Made by a program: the position numbers and the translations under genes
IMG/VR virus record: IMGVR_UViG_3300031999_007842
Coordinates: 53,708-117,707 of that record
DNA length: 64,000 nt
Source: a virus
Lineage: Duplodnaviria > Heunggongvirae > Uroviricota > Caudoviricetes
Direction: 5' to 3' (one strand)
In this document: piece by piece, positions 1 to 9,442 of the stretch
How the letters are laid out: each line of letters starts with the position of its first letter
Numbering within the stretch: the first letter of the stretch is position 1
The notes under the pieces: generated by a model
Told to the model about the DNA's origin: nothing
The model's input: only the letters and a program-made list of their open reading frames with translations
The model's database searches: none

Positions 1-230
1 ACCTCTCAATGAAGACTGTCCATTCCATGTAAGTACTAACCAGCAAGACAAATGTGGATTCTGCCTAGCTCCCAACAGGGACAAGTTATGGCATGAAGCA
101 AAGAAGGAAGCCAAGCATTTCATCTCTCCTAGGTATGAGAAACAAAGTATGGTTGTGGGATGCTACATCTCTATCTTCTGTGAACGAGGATATGTTGTCT
201 ACAACCGTATCCTAAAATGGAGGAGACGCT

Positions 231-479
231 GTGGACTCTAAAGACAGGGACATGGTTGGGAGACTGATGTCAAGAATCGATCCAATTCCTTGCACCTACT
301 TGACAGTGAAACATGGAGTAGGTTGTCCCGCCTATCAGAAAGGGGATAAAATATGTTGCTGGTTCTGTGATTACTTTGAAACCTGTGTCAAGGGATGGCC
401 TAAGAAACAGCATTGTCAAAAGTACGGTGATGAAAGATGGTGCAGTGCTGTCCTTACTGCTTACGAGAAGATGAAGTGA
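231..479 (+). CDS. small Cys-rich protein (zinc-ribbon-like)
   Basis: 82-aa ORF with multiple CxxC/CxxxC pairs; co-directional array. Confidence 0.4.
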   Translation: MDSKDRDMVGRLMSRIDPIPCTYLTVKHGVGCPAYQKGDKICCWFCDYFETCVKGWPKKQHCQKYGDERWCSAVLTAYEKMK

Positions 480-483
480 GACA

Positions 484-708
484 ATGAAGCGTTTGACAAA
501 GGAAGAAGAGATTGAGTTCTGGGAGAGACTTCTGAAGCCTTTCTGTTTTGGTCGGTGGGATTGTCTCGTGGGTTCAAACAGAGAAAAGGGCGGAATCAAA
601 GCTTGGGGAGCTTGTAAGTATAGAAAGGAATGTATGGAATACGTTCACTCTCTTTCTGGAGAAGAACGTAGTAAGCCCCACCTTCCTTGGCAAGGAGTGA
701 AACCTTAG
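484..708 (+). CDS. W-x-[KR]-[IL]-L family small protein (FWERLLKP...), Cys-rich
   Basis: N-terminal FWERLL motif followed by Cys cluster; family repeated more than 25 times in window. Confidence 0.45.
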   Translation: MKRLTKEEEIEFWERLLKPFCFGRWDCLVGSNREKGGIKAWGACKYRKECMEYVHSLSGEERSKPHLPWQGVKP

Positions 709-1167
709 ATGAAGGAATTTGGTATCTTCAAGTGGAAAATCAAAGGCACAAATAGAGTTGACACTATTCCTGATGCCAAGCTGAAGAGGATGCAACCTAA
801 GGCAGACCATGAATATTTCTCAGCCTGTGTCAAGCTCAGGGAACTTCAGGGACATGTGAGGAATCTCAATGCGAATGTCATGCGATTCAAGCTCATCAGG
901 GAACGAATACGAAGTGAAGTTGGATTCAGGAAGGCGAGAGATTGCCCATGCCATGTACTCACAGGAAAAAGAAACGGTAACATTCTGTGTCTAGCCCACA
1001 AGCATAGTTGGGAGAACCTGTATTGTGGAAGGGAATACTACTTCTGGGTATGCTCCCATTGTCGCATGGGTATAGACTATAGAGCAACGAAAGCTATGAT
1101 GGCTAAGCTCACAGGTGAATATACAAAGCATGTAGTGAGGAAAGATGACCAAGGAATCATTCTGTAG
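709..1167 (+). CDS. hypothetical Cys/His-rich protein
   Basis: 152-aa ORF starting 1 nt after upstream stop. Confidence 0.4.
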   Translation: MKEFGIFKWKIKGTNRVDTIPDAKLKRMQPKADHEYFSACVKLRELQGHVRNLNANVMRFKLIRERIRSEVGFRKARDCPCHVLTGKRNGNILCLAHKHSWENLYCGREYYFWVCSHCRMGIDYRATKAMMAKLTGEYTKHVVRKDDQGIIL

Positions 1168-1567
1168 ACTCCCCAAACCAGAAGTACGTCTCCTCATAGA
1201 GATAATGGAGGGAGTGTGCTGTCTCTCCTGCACGCTTGCTGGAAAGGATGAATGCTGGTCTTGGACGCAAATGTCCAAGTTCATCAGGGGCTTCAGGAGA
1301 GATAGGAGACTCAATGTCTACCATGTTGGAAGTGCTTGTAAAAGCTGGAGAGGGACTGGAGGAAGGGAGATGGAAGGCAGATCCAAACCTGTGAGGCTCA
1401 AAGATGTCTGAAGCAGTTAGGAAGCTAGCCATGAAACTCAAGCCTTGTCAGTACTATAGACACAACTTGTGTTGCAAGCCTTTCTTCACAGGCAATATGA
1501 GATGGTATGGTTGCCCAGATACTAGGAAATGTTGTGTTCTTTGTGCCGCCGAGTTTTGTCCTATTAA

Positions 1568-1981
1568 GTGTGTGGAGGTAAGAGAATGACTCAGGGTAAA
1601 GTCAAACAGATGATGAACTTCCTGAACTTCCCTAATGATGTTGCTAAGGCTCTCAATAACATAGCCAAGGTCAACTCCTTCCAATACAAGAAGTTCTTCA
1701 TAGTACCCAAGGTCAAAGTAATATGGAGAATGGCTGGTGGGAATAGAAACTATGGTGGACTATACTTCACCATTAACAAGAGACTTGTGCGAGGTTGGGT
1801 ACAGTTCGACTCTGCCTTCTTCTTTGAGACACAGAAGGAGACTCAACGCTGGTTGAATAGCTGGCTAAGTCAAAGACTCACACCTGTCATTAACTCGATG
1901 GAAGTTGGAGCTTCTATTAACAAGACTAAGGCTCGGAAGCTAGTGGAGCAGATGTACAATGTCAAAGTCAAAGTTATCTAA
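1568..1981 (+). CDS. hypothetical protein
   Basis: 137-aa co-directional ORF; no domain recognised. Confidence 0.4.
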   Translation: MCGGKRMTQGKVKQMMNFLNFPNDVAKALNNIAKVNSFQYKKFFIVPKVKVIWRMAGGNRNYGGLYFTINKRLVRGWVQFDSAFFFETQKETQRWLNSWLSQRLTPVINSMEVGASINKTKARKLVEQMYNVKVKVI

Positions 1982-2278
1982 GAGAGATGAAGCACGCCTG
2001 AAGCTAATCCTCAGACTGGAAAAGAAACCATGTGAAGAGAAGTTCATATTCTGTTCGTGTTGCTTCAACTGTGTTTGGGTGTATGAATGCTATCGGGCTT
2101 GGAGAAGGGGTCTCCTGAAACTGTGCAGAAACCGAGGTGTCACGAAAAAAGCTCAACCAACATGGTGTTCAGCAGTGGCTAACTATATAGCAGACCTTCT
2201 AGGTCACAAGAAGATATGGAATCTATCCACTGATGTCCCAGTTCCCAATGGGAAGATTAAGAAATGGGAGGATGAAGA

Positions 2279-2596
2279 GTGAAGCTCAAAAGAATTCCAC
2301 CCAAGAAGAGAAGACTAGGGCCATCTGAGAAGGGTCGGAAGCTTGCTCTCTGGAGGACAGTTATCCATGGTAGAGTATACTATGAGAATGGGAAGAAATG
2401 TCAAGTCTGCTTAGAGAGTGAACGTTGGGGTCATCGCTGTTGCTGGGAATGTGACCGCTTCCATCTTTGCTACCCCTTGTGGGCACACGATTACACATCT
2501 GGCCAACAGACAAGATGCTGTCCTTATGCAGTAGAGAAGTTCAAACATTGTAGTAGAGCCTATGATAAGTACAAGGAAATGCTGAAGCGTGGTTGA
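2279..2596 (+). CDS. Cys/His-rich small protein
   Basis: 105 aa, CxxC and HxxC pairs; start overlaps upstream stop. Confidence 0.4.
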   Translation: MKLKRIPPKKRRLGPSEKGRKLALWRTVIHGRVYYENGKKCQVCLESERWGHRCCWECDRFHLCYPLWAHDYTSGQQTRCCPYAVEKFKHCSRAYDKYKEMLKRG

Positions 2597-2852
2597 AATG
2601 AAAGCAGAAAAGCTTCATGATTATACAGTTAAAGTCTTTGATGAGCTTCTTAATATCTTCAAAGAGCTTGGCTATAATGTATGCTTTGACTGTGGGAAAC
2701 CTATCAGGAATAAGAACTCAGGTGGAGTAATGATATTGGATGGACATGGTTCCTTGCTCCTCTGCAACAATTGCACTTGGGCTCGTGTAGAGAAGCTGGA
2801 GACATGGAGGAAGATACTTGGCACAAAGGTCCCAAGATACAAAGACTCCTAG
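2589..2852 (+). CDS. Cys-rich small protein
   Basis: 87 aa, CFDCG...CNNC zinc-ribbon-like. Confidence 0.4.
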   Translation: MVEMKAEKLHDYTVKVFDELLNIFKELGYNVCFDCGKPIRNKNSGGVMILDGHGSLLLCNNCTWARVEKLETWRKILGTKVPRYKDS

Positions 2853-3030
2853 AGAGATGTGGAACAAGATACTCAGACCAAGTTGCTTTGGCAAAGATAA
2901 AATTCTTGACTGTATTTTCAAATGCTTGAGGAAATCAGCTCACCCAATCTGTGAACACTATAATGCTTGTCTTGCTGCTAATCTTGAACGTATCAGAAAG
3001 GAGAAGCAAGGAGTATGGACAAAGAGATAG
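2818..3030 (+). CDS. W-x-K-I-L family small protein (MWNKILRPSCFG)
   Basis: N-terminal motif plus Cys cluster. Confidence 0.4.
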   Translation: MAQRSQDTKTPREMWNKILRPSCFGKDKILDCIFKCLRKSAHPICEHYNACLAANLERIRKEKQGVWTKR

Positions 3031-3457
3031 TCAAGAAACTAATGGATAAACTGACTGCGTGTCCTCTTGCAAGTGGAAATCCTTGTGTAACCTTCAATGA
3101 TTCTCATTGTCCTCTTTGTTGTCATACTTGTCTAGTTGAAGACTGTCAGTATGAATGTCTTCGTTCTCTAGCTAATAGATGGGGCAAGCAACGAAGGTGA
3201 TAACTGATGAAGTGGCAAAGGAGAAGTAAGGGATTGTCTTTCGGAAGGAAATGCCATGTCTGTCATCAAATCTTCTATTGCTCCCACGGCAAGGGTGCAG
3301 AATTCAACTGTGCAGTGATGACTAAACCATTCTCCTGTACATGCCCTGCCTGCTGTGGAACATCTTCTGAGGATTGTCTACACCATTGTTTTCACATTCG
3401 AAAAGGCTCTAAGGAATATAGTATGTTGAAGCTTCTATCCAAAATTGAGGGTCCAAG

Positions 3458-3724
3458 ATGACGAAGGTTAGAGCAGTCTTTGATGCACGGCTAACTCCTA
3501 GAAACATATGGAAAATAATCCTCGAAGGGAAGCATCCAAAGTGTGACCTAGAATATAATGGTCATTCTGACCCACGTCTCTTTCTCTTCAGGTGCTTCTC
3601 ATGCACTCAATCTTTCTGTGCCTATTGGGATGGATTCCTGAAGAGGGAGGAGCTGGAGAAAGTATTCAGCACTAAGGACTTAGTCTATCTAGGGAAAAGA
3701 AGATGTGAGGATAATGGAAGATAG
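3458..3724 (+). CDS. W-x-[KR]-I-L family small protein (IWKIILEGKHPKC)
   Basis: motif plus Cys cluster; ATGA overlap with upstream ORF. Confidence 0.4.
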   Translation: MTKVRAVFDARLTPRNIWKIILEGKHPKCDLEYNGHSDPRLFLFRCFSCTQSFCAYWDGFLKREELEKVFSTKDLVYLGKRRCEDNGR

Positions 3725-3994
3725 AATCTACTGTTGTCAGACAGATGAGATTAGATACTGTGAAGAGATAATCTGTTGCAGGTTCTGTCAGAAGTATAAC
3801 AAGATCATTACTGAAGGCACTCGTCAGGATGGTTCAAAATATAAAGTCTCTGCCTGCTACTTTGGATGCCCACAAGCTTGGAAGAAACGATGCAAGCACA
3901 AGGGAAGAAAGGGGAAGGCTGAGACAGCTAAGCTGATGAGGAAGATGACTTTGAAACCACCTAGAGCAATTCTCTCAACAACACTCTATTGATA

Positions 3995-4003
3995 AAGGAG
4001 GGG
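3995..4003 (+). promoter_or_regulatory. Shine-Dalgarno-like RBS (AAGGAGGGG)
   Basis: purine-rich GGAGG motif 5 nt upstream of ATG at 4008. Confidence 0.45.
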
Positions 4004-4007
4004 TAGA

Positions 4008-4226
4008 ATGTCGGAAGTGGTTACACCTAAGAGAGCTGAAGGATTCAACATATCTTGGAACTTAAACCTTTTCTCTGGACCGAAGTGGACGATAGTCTGT
4101 GGTAAATGTGAAGCTACTTTTAAGGCAAGGATTCCAACCATAGACTATCCAACGGTTGTATGCCCACACTGTGGTGCAGTGAACGAGTTAGACCTAGTCT
4201 TTACTTCAATGGGTGATGACTCTTGA
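4008..4226 (+). CDS. zinc-ribbon protein
   Basis: CGKC...CPHCG two CxxC pairs; strong AAGGAGGGG RBS 5 nt upstream. Confidence 0.5.
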   Translation: MSEVVTPKRAEGFNISWNLNLFSGPKWTIVCGKCEATFKARIPTIDYPTVVCPHCGAVNELDLVFTSMGDDS

Positions 4227-4450
4227 ACTACAAATCCTTCTGGGAGAGAGTCCTCCTGCAACATTCAGACTGTATGTGGGATGCTTATTCGGAAGATGGT
4301 AAAGTATCCCGTAGAGTCTCCTATCCTCCATCTCCGTGGCTTGGTGTTGGAGAACGGGATACAGTGAAAGCCAAGTTCCTGTGTAGAACTTGCAACAACA
4401 TAGTTTGTAACAGGGACAGGTCATGCGACCATTGGGCAACTTATAGGTAG
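4223..4450 (+). CDS. W-x-[KR]-[IV]-L family small protein (FWERVLLQHSDC)
   Basis: motif plus Cys cluster; ATGA overlap. Confidence 0.4.
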   Translation: MNYKSFWERVLLQHSDCMWDAYSEDGKVSRRVSYPPSPWLGVGERDTVKAKFLCRTCNNIVCNRDRSCDHWATYR

Positions 4451-4462
4451 GCGAAATGAAAC

Positions 4463-5179
4463 ATGAAAGAGAAGGGATTCGATAGGCCTGTCAAGTATAT
4501 CTTCATAGGACAGCCCAATACTACCAAGACTAGTCTGGCTAGGAGAGCTGGACTGAAAGTCTTTGAGACGGATGGTCTTACTGAGGAAGAGATACTTGAC
4601 ATCAAGTTCTATCCAAGAGACACTGATGTAATCATAGTAGGTGGGAAGTGGATAAAGCACCAGCTCGAGATAATCACAATGCTCTCCAAGGAACTGAAGG
4701 AGAACTACCAGCTAATACAAGTACGGTTCACAGCTCCAGCCTATGACACATTGAAGTTCATCGTCGAGAGGAAGAGCAAGGATGAAGCTCGCTACGATGA
4801 AGGAGGCTACACAGTATCCATTGCTACACCTGATAGAGTCTTGGAAGTATTTCTCAACAATGATGATGGCTATAGAAGCCATGCAGATGTTATTCCAGAT
4901 GAGGAGGTAGATGGCTTCAAGTTCTGGTTGAAGATGGAAGGTGGGAAGCAGAAGGTGTTCGAAGTAGAATATGACCAGATACTCTTTGGATTCTCAGAGA
5001 GTACCCAAGAAGATTACTCTCAGGAAAGAGGGATAATTGTTAGAGCCAAGCTACTTGGGAAAGTGGTCTTTGAAGTGGGGACTGACAATACAGATGACTA
5101 CTATCCAAGCTACTACTTGAAGTGGGGAGAGAAAGGACTCGAAGGTGCTCTCAAGGAATCCAACATAGATGAAAACTAG
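4463..5179 (+). CDS. hypothetical protein, 238 aa (possible degenerate P-loop GQPNTTKTS)
   Basis: long ORF; Walker-A-like stretch is non-canonical, so function not assigned. Confidence 0.5.
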   Translation: MKEKGFDRPVKYIFIGQPNTTKTSLARRAGLKVFETDGLTEEEILDIKFYPRDTDVIIVGGKWIKHQLEIITMLSKELKENYQLIQVRFTAPAYDTLKFIVERKSKDEARYDEGGYTVSIATPDRVLEVFLNNDDGYRSHADVIPDEEVDGFKFWLKMEGGKQKVFEVEYDQILFGFSESTQEDYSQERGIIVRAKLLGKVVFEVGTDNTDDYYPSYYLKWGEKGLEGALKESNIDEN

Positions 5180-5494
5180 GTGAGACCTGTGCCAAAATAC
5201 AAGCATGTCTGGGACAAGATAATGCCTCTTTCTTCTGGAACTAGGGTCAGATATGTCAAGAACAAATGTAAGCTGGCATTCAAGAAAGAGGAATGGTTCA
5301 AAGCAAGAGAGAAGAATATTGGAAAGGTAGGGACAGTGGAAACTTTATTTCTTCCGAATGACTTGGTATACATGGACTATTTCCACTACTTCCGTTACCT
5401 GAAAAGCGGGAACCTATATGCTATCAAAATGGACAAGCCTGCAGGAAATTATACGAATTACTATTGTACTAGAGATGAATTGGAAGTAATATGA
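5180..5494 (+). CDS. hypothetical protein
   Basis: starts immediately after upstream stop. Confidence 0.45.
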   Translation: MRPVPKYKHVWDKIMPLSSGTRVRYVKNKCKLAFKKEEWFKAREKNIGKVGTVETLFLPNDLVYMDYFHYFRYLKSGNLYAIKMDKPAGNYTNYYCTRDELEVI

Positions 5495-5586
5495 ACAGGA
5501 GGGGATAGGGATGATGGAACTACCCAATATGTTGATGGTTTACTTCACTGCCAAGATAATCATTCTTGCAGTCCTAGTCGCCAGAG

Positions 5587-5889
5587 TTGAAATCAAATTC
5601 AGGAGAATCAGGAGGAAGTATCGTGTCAAAGAATAAGGCCTTCATCGTGACCCTCACAGGTTATGGTGATGATGAGGGATTCGAAGTGGTGTATGCCACT
5701 CTCGACAAAGCAAAGACAGATGATATTCTCAGACTATGGGATATCGTACAGGCTAACCAGCACAAGTTCTATGGGAGAAAGCCAGAGAGGAATCCTATGT
5801 GCATAGCATTGAAGGAACTGCAGGACAAGTACCATATCATAACTTGGTCAGGTAGAGACCTCAAGGTAGAGGAACTTGACTTACAGTAG
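5587..5889 (+). CDS. hypothetical protein
   Basis: 100-aa ORF. Confidence 0.45.
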   Translation: MKSNSGESGGSIVSKNKAFIVTLTGYGDDEGFEVVYATLDKAKTDDILRLWDIVQANQHKFYGRKPERNPMCIALKELQDKYHIITWSGRDLKVEELDLQ

Positions 5890-5902
5890 GAAGGTGGAAT
5901 AG

Positions 5903-6319
5903 ATGGAAGCATTCAAGGAAGAGGAGAAACACAACCTAAAGAAAGCTTGGTTCGGATACATCCGTTGCTTCAGTAAGAGCTGTGACTTTATCTTCAAGCA
6001 TGTGGGTAAGGGACAGCGTCAGGTGTGCTGTAAGGCGTGCAGGACTAAGATTCCCAAGGAAGTGCCAAGGATAAAAATCTCAGGAAGCTGGTACTACTAC
6101 ACGGGTCACTACTGCTTGAAGTGTGCCATTGAGAAGATAAGTGGAGACATTCAAGAGAAATCAGACCTTGCCAAGAACCTACAGGACAATCTTGCTGAGC
6201 TAATAGCACTGCTTGAGGTAATATCTCATGCCGCTTCAAAGGAGAAGTACAAAGACCTCATGGCAATCCATATCCTCAGCCAGAAGCTAGAGCCAAAGAA
6301 GGACTGGGAATTCACTTGA
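5903..6319 (+). CDS. hypothetical Cys-containing protein
   Basis: 138-aa ORF, CxxC pairs. Confidence 0.45.
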   Translation: MEAFKEEEKHNLKKAWFGYIRCFSKSCDFIFKHVGKGQRQVCCKACRTKIPKEVPRIKISGSWYYYTGHYCLKCAIEKISGDIQEKSDLAKNLQDNLAELIALLEVISHAASKEKYKDLMAIHILSQKLEPKKDWEFT

Positions 6320-6699
6320 CACTCCTAATCGTATCATATGTAGATGTCTCCTACAATAGGACAAGCAACTGTATGCTCAAGTGGTTCCTCTCTACATCAG
6401 AGGAAAAGGACTATGCTTGGATAGGATTCTGCACGCTCCCTTCAGAGGGTCTGTTCAAGCTCTTTGTTGAAGGGAGGCGTGTACATGGGAAACCTTCCAA
6501 ACTTAAAATCAAGCTAACTCCACGGGAAGCAAGAATCTTCACCCTGATAACGAAAGCAGGGTTCGAGAAGAAGAGGAACATCTGGGCTGACTTTACAAGT
6601 GGTAAGGTAGACAAGCCAGATATGCTTACTAGACTAGAAGAGGAATGTCCAATATGGATACTAAGGAAAAAGCTATCCAACGAAAGGACATCGAACTGA
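6316..6699 (+). CDS. hypothetical protein
   Basis: ATGA overlap with upstream gene. Confidence 0.4.
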   Translation: MTLLIVSYVDVSYNRTSNCMLKWFLSTSEEKDYAWIGFCTLPSEGLFKLFVEGRRVHGKPSKLKIKLTPREARIFTLITKAGFEKKRNIWADFTSGKVDKPDMLTRLEEECPIWILRKKLSNERTSN

Positions 6700-6855
6700 T
6701 AGTGGTACCCTGCCCTAGATGCCACTCATGGATGACATCTCCTGTAGATAGAAAGAGGGACTGGTGGCTCTGTGGTCATATGGACTGCATGGCAATCTTT
6801 GCTCTGAAGAATCATCATGCTCTCGTGATCCTAAAAGACAAGAAGGTAATCAGAA

Positions 6856-7263
6856 TTGATGAAACCCATAAGTGCAAAATCCAATGAAGAACTCAGGATT
6901 CTAACAAAGAAAGCCATCAAGGCACGCAAGGTACTCAGAACCAAGATAAATGCTCTCATCGAAGAGGCTTGGAAACTGAAGAATGGAAAGATGAATCTAG
7001 ACTGGTCAATCAACAAATCACGGGAAGAGTTGGGACGTAGGAAGGTCAAGACCTGCAAGGCTTTCAAAGAGAAGGCTCCTCCAGAATGGGGAGGAATCTT
7101 GAAAACATATTCCTGTGGGGCACGGGAATTGTCATACAATACCTTCAGACGCATGGAAGACCTCTTCCGTCTGTACTGTTGCACTTGTAGGTGGAAGCCT
7201 ACACAGGCACAGACACGGATGGTAATTCTTAGGATCAAAAATGGAAAGGCAGTGAGTGAGTAG
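6856..7263 (+). CDS. paralog A1 of duplicated two-gene cassette (C-terminal EDLFRLYCCTCR)
   Basis: C-terminal segment aligns with 7555..7956. Confidence 0.45.
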   Translation: MMKPISAKSNEELRILTKKAIKARKVLRTKINALIEEAWKLKNGKMNLDWSINKSREELGRRKVKTCKAFKEKAPPEWGGILKTYSCGARELSYNTFRRMEDLFRLYCCTCRWKPTQAQTRMVILRIKNGKAVSE

Positions 7264-7267
7264 ATAG

Positions 7268-7555
7268 ATGTCTCATTTGAGAAGATATACTTACCACCAG
7301 AGAGGTGGGAGAAAAGAACTTGTTGCATGGATACAAAATAGATGTGGGAAATGTGGTAGATTCCTTACTAAAAGACAAACCAAATACTGTAAACAATGTA
7401 AGTACCCTGCTCTTTTAGAGTATGAGAGAGAACTTTACAGGCAAGGAAGGAAAATGCCTAAGAGAAATAAATATGATTTTCACAAGCTTAGGACTCAAGA
7501 TGAGAACCTCTATAGAAGGGAAATATATAGAATCAAGCATGGGAGGAAGCAGTAA
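7268..7555 (+). CDS. paralog B1 (CGKCGRFLTKRQTKYCKQCKYP zinc ribbon, basic)
   Basis: aligns with 8440..8673. Confidence 0.45.
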   Translation: MSHLRRYTYHQRGGRKELVAWIQNRCGKCGRFLTKRQTKYCKQCKYPALLEYERELYRQGRKMPKRNKYDFHKLRTQDENLYRREIYRIKHGRKQ

Positions 7556-7956
7556 TGACAGCCAAGAGGATGTCGCAACTAAGTAGGGAAGAACTGAGGC
7601 AGATGATTGTTGAGAGAAGGGCTGAAATGAAGCGACGTGAGCTGGAGATAAAAACAGTTGCCGAGAACCTCAACCAACTCAAGAGGCAGCACTACCAATT
7701 CTGGGATGCACTCAAAGAAACCAAGGAGATACTTGGTTCTATGAATGGGAGAGACTGTCCCGCCATGAAGGAAGGGATGAGTAAATATGGCGGGAAGAAT
7801 ACTATCTGTGCAGCCAAGCGGTACAAGTATATTACATGGTCTAGAGAAGACCTGTATAGGTTGCATTGCTTTACTTGCAGACTTACTCCTGAGCAGGCCA
7901 AGACTGCAATGCTGTATGACCGTATACTCATAGGGAGGAGAAAAGATGGACAGTGA
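7555..7956 (+). CDS. paralog A2 (EDLYRLHCFTCR)
   Basis: aligns with 6856..7263. Confidence 0.45.
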   Translation: MTAKRMSQLSREELRQMIVERRAEMKRRELEIKTVAENLNQLKRQHYQFWDALKETKEILGSMNGRDCPAMKEGMSKYGGKNTICAAKRYKYITWSREDLYRLHCFTCRLTPEQAKTAMLYDRILIGRRKDGQ

Positions 7957-8437
7957 AGAGTTTATCCAGAGATTCCTATTGCTAGAATGTGACCCAGATG
8001 ACAGGAACCAAAGTGCTACCAGCAGCATCATCATCCTCTCTTCCTGCAAGACACTTGGGATACCACAGATATATGATGAGGCTAGTTTCATGTCCTTCGG
8101 AAGATTCAGGCTGAAGGATAGACACCAGAAGAAGAAAGTGGTCAAGTTTGCAGCAAGCTTGTTCTTTGATTCACGCCTGCTTTACAGAGCAATGCATGTT
8201 CTACACAGGAGAAGGAAGTTTGAACTTGGACTCTATTCCATGCCTAATGGAGGGGAAGTGTTTGCTATACGGGAAGGGGAGAATGTAGTCCTGATAGCAC
8301 CTGCAATCTATGATACTTCTGATGACTTCTCTTTGAGGTTCAAGGACTTTGTAGTGAGAACAAACAAGTCCCTACTCGAGAAATGGGAGACATGGGCAAG
8401 AATTCTCCATGGACGACGAGCTGAAAGGAAAGGATAA
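7946..8437 (+). CDS. hypothetical protein
   Basis: 163-aa ORF. Confidence 0.45.
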   Translation: MDSEEFIQRFLLLECDPDDRNQSATSSIIILSSCKTLGIPQIYDEASFMSFGRFRLKDRHQKKKVVKFAASLFFDSRLLYRAMHVLHRRRKFELGLYSMPNGGEVFAIREGENVVLIAPAIYDTSDDFSLRFKDFVVRTNKSLLEKWETWARILHGRRAERKG

Positions 8438-8439
8438 AC

Positions 8440-8673
8440 TTGCAAAGTAGATGGAGAAGGCACTCAGCAAGGAAAAAGAAACTACTATCTTGGATACAAA
8501 GAAGATGTGTACGTTGTGGCCGATTCCTTTCCAAGTTTCAGAAGAAGTATTGTAAACAATGTACTTACCCTCGGAAACTAGAACTCAACAGGATTTATTA
8601 TTGGAAAGATATTCAACTCAGCAGAAAAAGAGGGCGGGAGAAATATTGGAAGAAGAACTCCGACATGAGATAG
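8440..8673 (+). CDS. paralog B2 (CVRCGRFLSKFQKKYCKQCTYP)
   Basis: aligns with 7268..7555. Confidence 0.45.
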   Translation: MQSRWRRHSARKKKLLSWIQRRCVRCGRFLSKFQKKYCKQCTYPRKLELNRIYYWKDIQLSRKRGREKYWKKNSDMR

Positions 8674-8865
8674 AAGTATTGAGTAAGAGAGAGGCTTGGA
8701 GGTCTCGGTGGGGAATATACATCTCCAAGAGAAGAGCTGATTACTGTGGCCAATGTAGGAGAATCAAGTATTGCAGAAGGACTTATGCCAATGAGTATAT
8801 CAGGAGAGCACTATTCATGGGTGAGGACTGTCCTGACCTTAGTTCAATATGGGAGAGGATGCTAG

Positions 8866-9162
8866 ATGGGAAACTCTGAGGAACTGTGTGGACTTCTCCT
8901 GTTCAGGATAATCTGCAGGATGAAGGAAAGGTTTGTGTGGCTGAAGATCAATGAGGAGCAAGAATCTATGGAGTGTCTCTCAGTTGAATACTGGCTTGCC
9001 AAACAGGATGACAATGCTGATAGAATCAAGGAGATACTTCGTCTTGTCTGCTTACTCAACGATGAGGCTAGGAATCTGTTCTACACTTATGCAGACAACC
9101 TAGCTTGGGAATGTATGAAGGAGGAACTTGAAAGATATGAAGGAGAAACTCGACAGGGTTAA
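8866..9162 (+). CDS. hypothetical protein
   Basis: co-directional ORF. Confidence 0.4.
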   Translation: MGNSEELCGLLLFRIICRMKERFVWLKINEEQESMECLSVEYWLAKQDDNADRIKEILRLVCLLNDEARNLFYTYADNLAWECMKEELERYEGETRQG

Positions 9163-9427
9163 ATGGGAAACTATCCTTCTTGGGAAGAAGGAAGCACTCC
9201 GAAGAGAACAGATCAGAAAGCGGAAGAGCTATGCTTACTGGGAATCCCTCTGGCAGAGGATCAATAGGGTACACAAGCCAGAGTTGATGATGTGGGTAAT
9301 CTTTGAAGCAATTGACAAGCATCATGGCTGGAAGTATCTGACTCAGGCAGGTTATGCTGAACAGGCACTCAACCGTTTCCTTCAAGATATAGGAGTTCAG
9401 AAGGAATTCCTTAACAGAATAGTTTGA
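9128..9427 (+). CDS. hypothetical protein
   Basis: co-directional ORF. Confidence 0.4.
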   Translation: MKDMKEKLDRVKWETILLGKKEALRREQIRKRKSYAYWESLWQRINRVHKPELMMWVIFEAIDKHHGWKYLTQAGYAEQALNRFLQDIGVQKEFLNRIV

Positions 9428-9442
9428 AAAAGGTGAGAGAAT

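Noticed and set aside
4463-5179. P-loop NTPase/kinase call for the 238-aa protein (GQPNTTKTS)
   Set aside because: The stretch lacks the second glycine and the GK[ST] spacing of a true Walker A, so the gene is left as hypothetical.
8559-8879. 106-aa ORF as an independent gene
   Set aside because: It overlaps 8440..8673 by 115 nt in another frame. It is plausible as a third B-type paralog (YCGQCRRIKYC), but the start is unclear, so it is not listed as a feature.
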